Source: Escherichia phage REP4
DNA length: 64,000 nucleotides
Direction: 5' to 3' (one strand)
Sequence record: OQ174503.1
The position numbers and the translations under genes are program-made. The stretch's first letter is position 1; every line of letters begins with the position of its first letter. The notes below the pieces were generated by a model. The model searched no databases and was not told the DNA's origin. It saw nothing but the letters and a program-made list of their open reading frames with translations. Of the stretch, positions 58,029-64,000 are shown one piece after another.

Positions 58029-58346
58029 TTATTCTTTAGGGAAGTTTTTAGAATATGCATCATAAAGCTTATTTCCAATACGGCGGAAAACTCTAGCCGC
58101 AAAACGATTTTCTGGGTTTTTAATCATGATTTGCATCATATAAGTACCCGCGTCAGAAAGAGCTTCTTCATAGTACCCGTTAATTTCTTTAAGAGTCCTA
58201 CGTTTACCACCAGGACCATCAACAGTGATTTTCCATTTACCTGTAGAAGTGCGACTTGGCGGCTCAACTTGTTCAATCCAGATATAACCGCCTTCTACAC
58301 GTTGTCCTTGGGCAGATTCTGCAATAAATTCTTTAAACGTTTTCAT
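58029..58346 (-). CDS. Internal-protein-like head protein with capsid-targeting N-terminus (105 aa)
   Basis: N-terminal MKTFKEFIAE; adjacent to lysozyme gene. Confidence 0.65.
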   Translation of the reverse strand: MKTFKEFIAESAQGQRVEGGYIWIEQVEPPSRTSTGKWKITVDGPGGKRRTLKEINGYYEEALSDAGTYMMQIMIKNPENRFAARVFRRIGNKLYDAYSKNFPKE

Positions 58347-58417
58347 ATGGTTCCTTTAAATATTTTAATTAGTAACTATGAATATACTATCACAGTTCTA
58401 GGAGAAAGTAAACAACT

Positions 58418-59386
<969 letters not shown>

Positions 59387-59405
<19 letters not shown>

Positions 59406-59875
59406 TCAGTGATAAAATTATTTAAATTTTGAGTATATTTCTTTTCATCAAAAATCTTTTGCTGCCTACGTAACCGCCATGGCATTTCAATGAACACGCA
59501 CCATATTCCTGATAGTACTGCTGCTGTAAAAATATTAACAAGTATAATTAAAAGAATCCAATCTTCCGTTCTGCCTACTGGACTTTCTCCAAAGAAGCAA
59601 AATACAAATGATGTCACAGGAAAACTAATAATATACCACAGAATCATAATCTTATCTGTGAACCAATCAGCGTTCGTTAATTTAGCGCGACCATTATGAA
59701 TACACACGAATTTATCATCTGTTGCAGTAGATGGCTTAACTGGTTGATATCCCATTCTAAACTCCCTAATCAGCAAATTTTTCATATCTTCGGAACAGCC
59801 ATTCCAGTCAACTCTATCAACTGAAATGCCATCATCCCCGTCATCTAAATCATACCAGCGAGTTTTTAAAATCAT
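59387..59875 (-). CDS. Membrane protein, tail-motif paralog family (162 aa from ATG at 59875)
   Basis: Transmembrane helices; C-terminal FITECRKLK. Confidence 0.55.
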
Positions 59876-60234
59876 TTGATTTTCCTGCAATCACTCACAA
59901 ACTCTTTCATTGATTCATTTTCAATATAAGACATGTAGCTATTATATTCTTTTAATTGTATTTTGTAATCCTTTTTTCTTTGCCAATTTATTTTAAAATT
60001 ATCATAATGAAAATATAGCATGGTACCAAAGAATGAAAATAATGAAATAATTTTAGTATAGCGAAGTTCACTCCAAACTTCTATTATATTTACTGTGCCG
60101 TCGATGTTTAAAATAAGACAGTCAATTAATAATCCAAAAAGACTACCCGCAAGAGCTGCAGCCAACGCCACAGCAAAAATTAAAAATGACTCAGGAAGCG
60201 AATATTTGACTTTATTTAGTTTTGGCTTTTGCAT
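59872..60234 (-). CDS. Membrane protein, tail-motif paralog family (120 aa)
   Basis: C-terminal FVSDCRKIK; AAGGAA Shine-Dalgarno. Confidence 0.55.
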   Translation of the reverse strand: MQKPKLNKVKYSLPESFLIFAVALAAALAGSLFGLLIDCLILNIDGTVNIIEVWSELRYTKIISLFSFFGTMLYFHYDNFKINWQRKKDYKIQLKEYNSYMSYIENESMKEFVSDCRKIK

Positions 60235-60608
60235 CGTGATTCCTTAACAAATTTCATAATTTCATCAAATTCATACGCAGCAAGTTTAAGCTGATGTTCC
60301 TTTTTAATCTTTTTACACTGTGCTTTCCAATCACGTACGCGTTTACGATAATGCCTTCCTTGATACCAGTATCCTACCCAATTTACAGGTACTAATAAAA
60401 GTGGAACTATTAATGGAAGAATTAGCATTAACACAAGTATTTCGCCAGAATCAATATCAGTCATAACATCTAAAACACCTCCAATAATCAATAGAATTAC
60501 AAATGATATGAGTATAACAGGACCTATTAATACATCAGTAGGAATTAGCTGGCGCTTTAATTCATACTTCAAAGGTTTACTTGGAAGGTATAGTGATGGC
60601 TTTGACAT
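60216..60608 (-). CDS. Membrane protein, tail-motif paralog family (130 aa from ATG at 60608)
   Basis: C-terminal FVKESRCKSQN; track start is TTG. Confidence 0.5.
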   Translation of the reverse strand: MSKPSLYLPSKPLKYELKRQLIPTDVLIGPVILISFVILLIIGGVLDVMTDIDSGEILVLMLILPLIVPLLLVPVNWVGYWYQGRHYRKRVRDWKAQCKKIKKEHQLKLAAYEFDEIMKFVKESRCKSQN

Positions 60609-61185
60609 ATTCTCTACATTCCTTAACAAATTTTTCTAGTAATAAATCACTTTCAAAATTAGGATTTTCCACTAATTTATCAAAAAGATCATCAACAATA
60701 TTCAAGATATTTCTTTTACTAAGAATACGTTTATTTTCATGCTTCGTTTCAGAATCAACTATAAGAGTAAAGAAATATTTCTTTCCCTGAAATTTTACTG
60801 TAGTATCAATATAGAATAAATTTGACTTTTGTAAGTTACGTTTAAACCATGCGTCACTTAAACTATAAACACCGAGATAATCAAAATCGTCGTTTAAATA
60901 ACAAACTGTCCATTCAGGAGAAATGAAATCAGTAAATTCAACATCAAAATCACATGTCAATAAATGAATTGATTCAATATTGTTAATAAGTATTCCAGGA
61001 CGTATTAAAGACTTTTTACCTCTGGAAAATCTTCCAGAAAGACTTTCATCAGTTTCATATGAAGAACCCCAATAATAATTACGTCCTTCTGCCATACGTT
61101 TAAGAGCATTTAGTAATTGATCTGGAACATCAACCTGTCTTTGGAACTCTTCAAACATTGAATTGAAATCACTTTGCATTTTCAT
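60577..61185 (-). CDS. Hypothetical protein (202 aa)
   Basis: ORF track. Confidence 0.55.
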   Translation of the reverse strand: MKMQSDFNSMFEEFQRQVDVPDQLLNALKRMAEGRNYYWGSSYETDESLSGRFSRGKKSLIRPGILINNIESIHLLTCDFDVEFTDFISPEWTVCYLNDDFDYLGVYSLSDAWFKRNLQKSNLFYIDTTVKFQGKKYFFTLIVDSETKHENKRILSKRNILNIVDDLFDKLVENPNFESDLLLEKFVKECREYVKAITIPSK

Positions 61186-61205
61186 TCCTATTTACTCCAA
61201 GTAAT

Positions 61206-61221
61206 AGGGGCCGAAGCCCCT
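61206..61221 (-). terminator. Intercistronic UUCG hairpin (no clear U-tract)
   Basis: Minus AGGGGC-UUCG-GCCCCU. Confidence 0.4.
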
Positions 61222-61226
61222 TATCA

Positions 61227-61820
61227 TTATTTCAGAGAATTAATGTATTCCTGAACATCGGCAGAAGTAGTTTCAACCCCAGAAATATTACCGTTAAAGG
61301 TTTCAACTCGAGCAAGGGTATCTTCAATATCAACCTTAGTCAGTGCTGCAATTTCAACTACATCATCAGCAGTACTAATTCCAAGGGCATTTGCCGCACG
61401 AGTTTCACGGATATATTCCAATTTAACTGCAAGTTCTTGGCGAGCATCATCTAACTCAACTACTTTCTTAGCGATTTCAATTCGCATTTCGGCATAACCG
61501 TCAGCCTTAGTAGTCAACTGCTCAGCTGTTCGACGATATAGTAAACCAAGTTTAGCATGCATTGTTACATCTTGACCTTCGGAAAGAAGCTTGCGAATTT
61601 CACGCTCTTTTGATTCGGCCTGTCGATTCTTTTCGATAACAAGTTCACGAATACGTTTTTCTTCATTAATAGATTTAACGGAAGCAGTTTTTAGATCTTT
61701 AATTTTATCAAGTAGTTTTGCTGCTGCAGCAGTATACTGTTCTTCAACAGATAGATTTTTAGCCATAGCAGAACCAAGTTTAGTGCGAATAAAATCAACA
61801 ATTTTCTTCAGTGTGTTCAT
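61227..61820 (-). CDS. Coiled-coil protein (197 aa)
   Basis: Long heptad-rich helices; no catalytic motif seen. Confidence 0.55.
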   Translation of the reverse strand: MNTLKKIVDFIRTKLGSAMAKNLSVEEQYTAAAAKLLDKIKDLKTASVKSINEEKRIRELVIEKNRQAESKEREIRKLLSEGQDVTMHAKLGLLYRRTAEQLTTKADGYAEMRIEIAKKVVELDDARQELAVKLEYIRETRAANALGISTADDVVEIAALTKVDIEDTLARVETFNGNISGVETTSADVQEYINSLK

Positions 61821-62108
61821 AGTATTTCCTTAGGTTAATTAAGATTTAAAATCCATGAGAGTATTATACTCCGGATAGTTTGTAAACTATTTCAACATCG
61901 CCTTTTGCTGCTTTATAACCTTCAGCCCAAGATACAACCGAGTTTTTATCTGAAGATTCAAATTCTGGCATTGGACTTTCATCAATGTTCACACAGTATG
62001 TTTCTTCATTTTCGTCAAACCAAATAGTTAAAGTAGTCATTTATTTCTCCGCTTCTGTGATTGTTTTGATAAGTCTATAATAACACCGTCCTTGGTGTTT
62101 GTACACAC

Positions 62109-62372
62109 TTATTTCATATTATTGAAATATTCTTCTGCGATTTCATCGTTATCGTGGTAAACTTTAGAAGACAGTTTAACATAACCTTCAGCAGTGAACA
62201 TATTAATCACAACTTTTACAGTATACCACTGACCGTCTTCATTACCCATTACTGCGTAAGTTTCAAACATCGGATGGTCAGGACCGATGACTTTAATATC
62301 ATTCACTGTACGACCGAAATCTTCTGAAACGCATTTCATAAAGAAGTTGAACAGTTCGCCGTAATTATCCAT
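62109..62372 (-). CDS. Hypothetical protein (87 aa from ATG at 62372)
   Basis: Start preceded by cassette leader TTGGAGAATGAA-ATG. Confidence 0.55.
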   Translation of the reverse strand: MDNYGELFNFFMKCVSEDFGRTVNDIKVIGPDHPMFETYAVMGNEDGQWYTVKVVINMFTAEGYVKLSSKVYHDNDEIAEEYFNNMK

Positions 62373-62470
62373 TTCATTCTCCAAGTTGTTTTTCTGTATC
62401 AGTAGTTGATAGTTGTATAGTACCACGGAAGAACAGGGATGTAAACAATTTTGTGAAAAAATTTTTAAAA
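62373..62470 (-). repeat. Promoter-leader cassette copy (GTTTAC at 62441-62446, TGGTACTAT -10)
   Basis: Near-identical to copies at 21050 and 47550. Confidence 0.6.
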
Positions 62471-62579
62471 AGTTTTAGGGAATTCTAGGGAAGGGAGGGG
62501 CAATTAAAGGATAGGATAATATATTATAAAGGGTAGAAACTAAATGATGCCTAGAGAGGTCCAGAAAGGCCTAGATATC

Positions 62580-62604
62580 AAAAAGCCCTATCATTTAGAT
62601 AGGG
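62580..62604 (-). terminator. Intrinsic terminator downstream of 62613..63176
   Basis: Minus CCCUAUC-UAAAU-GAUAGGG then C + UUUUU. Confidence 0.6.
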
Positions 62605-62612
62605 ATTTAAAA

Positions 62613-63176
62613 TTATTTACCTAGTTTAGTTATTATAGCTTCTGCGGCAGCTTTTAGTTTAGATGCGGTGTTAATACGATTTTTAATTTCAGTATACGCA
62701 TCGCCAAGAACGTCAAGGCTATCAGAATAAACGCTTACACTATTGCGTTCGCTATTTGAAATAGAACCTTTAGTTTTACGATCAAAATCAATGTACACGT
62801 CTTGAAGATCATGGGCTGCCTTCTTTGCATCATCCAATGCATCAAGAGCTTTATTCAAAGCATTAACGTATTTTTTAGTGTCGAACATATTCTTAGAAAT
62901 TTTAACAGGCGCACGTTCAGGAGTAGCTAAGGCAGATTTAGGAACCTGAGCGCCAGATGCCAGTTTCTTAGAAATTTTGAAAAATGCTTTATTGAATTTA
63001 TTTTCTTGACTCATCGTAAAAGAACTATTATCGATGTTATACATTTCAATAGCTTTAGCTTTCCACTTAAGAAAATCGCCACGGTCTTTTGGGTCCAATT
63101 GGAAGAATACTTTAGTAAGTTCTGCTTCAGATGGTAATTTTGCTGCTTCGGTTAAAAATTCGGCATAAGTTTTCAT
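62613..63176 (-). CDS. Internal-protein-like protein with capsid-targeting N-terminus (187 aa)
   Basis: N-terminal MKTYAEFLTEA. Confidence 0.55.
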   Translation of the reverse strand: MKTYAEFLTEAAKLPSEAELTKVFFQLDPKDRGDFLKWKAKAIEMYNIDNSSFTMSQENKFNKAFFKISKKLASGAQVPKSALATPERAPVKISKNMFDTKKYVNALNKALDALDDAKKAAHDLQDVYIDFDRKTKGSISNSERNSVSVYSDSLDVLGDAYTEIKNRINTASKLKAAAEAIITKLGK

Positions 63177-63266
63177 TTAAAATCCTTGAAATAATCTATC
63201 GGTTGGTTATTAATTATTTATTACTTTGTTATTATCCGTAACAGCGTTATCCGAGTGATTCAAACT

Positions 63267-63293
63267 AAAAAGCCCCAACCTTTCGGTCGGGGC
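63267..63293 (-). terminator. GAAA-tetraloop terminator; 33-nt exact duplicate of 63826..63852
   Basis: Minus GCCCCGACC-GAAA-GGUUGGGGC followed by UUUUU. Confidence 0.7.
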
Positions 63294-63301
63294 TAAGAAT
63301 G

Positions 63302-63775
63302 TTATTTGATTTGTTTAGCAGACCAAATGCGGTCTTTGATGATTTTTTGGAGATCTTCAACATACTCTAGGTCATGAGCATGTGGATTATCTTTGAAACT
63401 ATAGGCACGGGCTAATTTTTGGCCTTCGGTTTTAATTACTAAAAGCTCTTTAAGGATAGCTTCATATTTAGCGATAATTCCTTTAACAATATTTTTTTCT
63501 TGTGCAGCTTTAGGATCTGCTTTAGGAGCAGGTTTACCCGAAGCCTTTGCAAAAGCAGCACCAGTAGCAACTAAACTTTTCCAGGCCATACTAACCGCAT
63601 TTCCTGTAAATCCTTCTGCTTTCATGTCGCGAGCAAACTGGAATCGTGATTCGTCAGAAGCATCTTTATAGGAATATTTACCCGCTGCAATGGCTGCTTT
63701 TGCGACAGCTTGAATTTCGGTGCTAGATGCTTCATTTAACACCGCTTCATTTAAAAATTGAGCATATGATTTCAT
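63302..63775 (-). CDS. Internal-protein-like protein with capsid-targeting N-terminus (157 aa)
   Basis: N-terminal MKSYAQFLNEA; Ala/Lys-rich. Confidence 0.55.
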   Translation of the reverse strand: MKSYAQFLNEAVLNEASSTEIQAVAKAAIAAGKYSYKDASDESRFQFARDMKAEGFTGNAVSMAWKSLVATGAAFAKASGKPAPKADPKAAQEKNIVKGIIAKYEAILKELLVIKTEGQKLARAYSFKDNPHAHDLEYVEDLQKIIKDRIWSAKQIK

Positions 63776-63815
63776 CTTATTTCCTGTTTTAATTCGTGGA
63801 TTTAATATACTACTA

Positions 63816-63823
63816 TATTTATA
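63816..63823 (-). promoter_or_regulatory. T4 late promoter TATAAATA (minus)
   Basis: Plus tatttata at 63816-63823, ~40 nt upstream of ATG 63775. Confidence 0.5.
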
Positions 63824-63825
63824 CT

Positions 63826-63852
63826 AAAAAGCCCCAACCTTTCGGTCGGGGC
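63826..63852 (-). terminator. GAAA-tetraloop terminator (duplicate of 63267..63293)
   Basis: Identical 33-nt sequence ctaaaaagccccaacctttcggtcggggctaag. Confidence 0.7.
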
Positions 63853-63904
63853 TAAGCCTTGCGGCAACCTTGTCGGGGTTCCACCTGCTAAGGCAAGTGT
63901 TTGT

Positions 63905-63996
63905 ACGAAACGCCGGGATTCGAACCCGGTTATTAAGCAGTTGACGCTACTTAATATTTTTAAAAGGCCATATCTCGACCATATCCGAACGTTCCG
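63905..63996 (-). ncRNA. tRNA-like structured RNA (T-arm plus 7-bp acceptor-like stem); possibly a stable small RNA of the tRNA cluster
   Basis: Minus GGUUCGAAUCC T-loop in a 5-bp stem; CGGAACG pairs with CGUUUCG; no canonical D-arm found by hand. Confidence 0.35.
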
Positions 63997-64000
63997 TCAA

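Noticed and set aside
62491-62513. G-rich tract GGGAAGGGAGGGG on the plus strand
   Set aside because: Unusual for this AT-rich genome, but a single short tract with no matching second G-run for a quadruplex and no adjacent ORF start.
63905-63996. Calling this element a standard tRNA with a specific anticodon
   Set aside because: Only the T-arm and acceptor stem could be folded; reported as tRNA-like ncRNA with low confidence instead.

Overview
This window is a contiguous ~64 kb segment of a T4-like (Tevenvirinae) coliphage genome, with almost every gene on the minus strand. It is co-linear with the T4 early/middle region as I recall it: dexA, dda, modA/modB, soc, gene 56, primase 61, helicase 41, uvsX, gene 42, imm, DNA polymerase 43, regA, 62/44/45, rpbA, 46/47, alpha-gt, gene 55, nrdG/nrdD, gene 49, nrdC, a hyperplastic block, rI, tk, regB, internal-protein genes, lysozyme e, nudE and a tRNA-like element at the right edge. 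Protein identities come from reading the supplied translations for motifs, lengths and gene order; no database search was run, and all comparisons with T4 are from memory. Regulatory signals read directly from the DNA include T4 early-type promoters (GTTTAC -35, TATAAT-like -10), TATAAATA late promoters, one MotA-box middle promoter, and many GC hairpins with UUCG or GAAA tetraloops that act as terminators. The phage is close to T4 but not T4 itself. The most interesting candidates are: an rI gene broken by a +1 frameshift in an A-run; a nucleotidyltransferase plus AAA+ ATPase block; a P-loop ATPase module where T4 has denV; a GT-A-like glycosyltransferase where T4 has beta-gt; four tandem coiled-coil paralogs; a macro-domain protein; repeated promoter-leader cassettes; and several proteins with capsid-targeting N-termini. 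Several ORF-track starts are GTG/TTG; where an ATG with a Shine-Dalgarno sits just inside, I give the trimmed coordinates.
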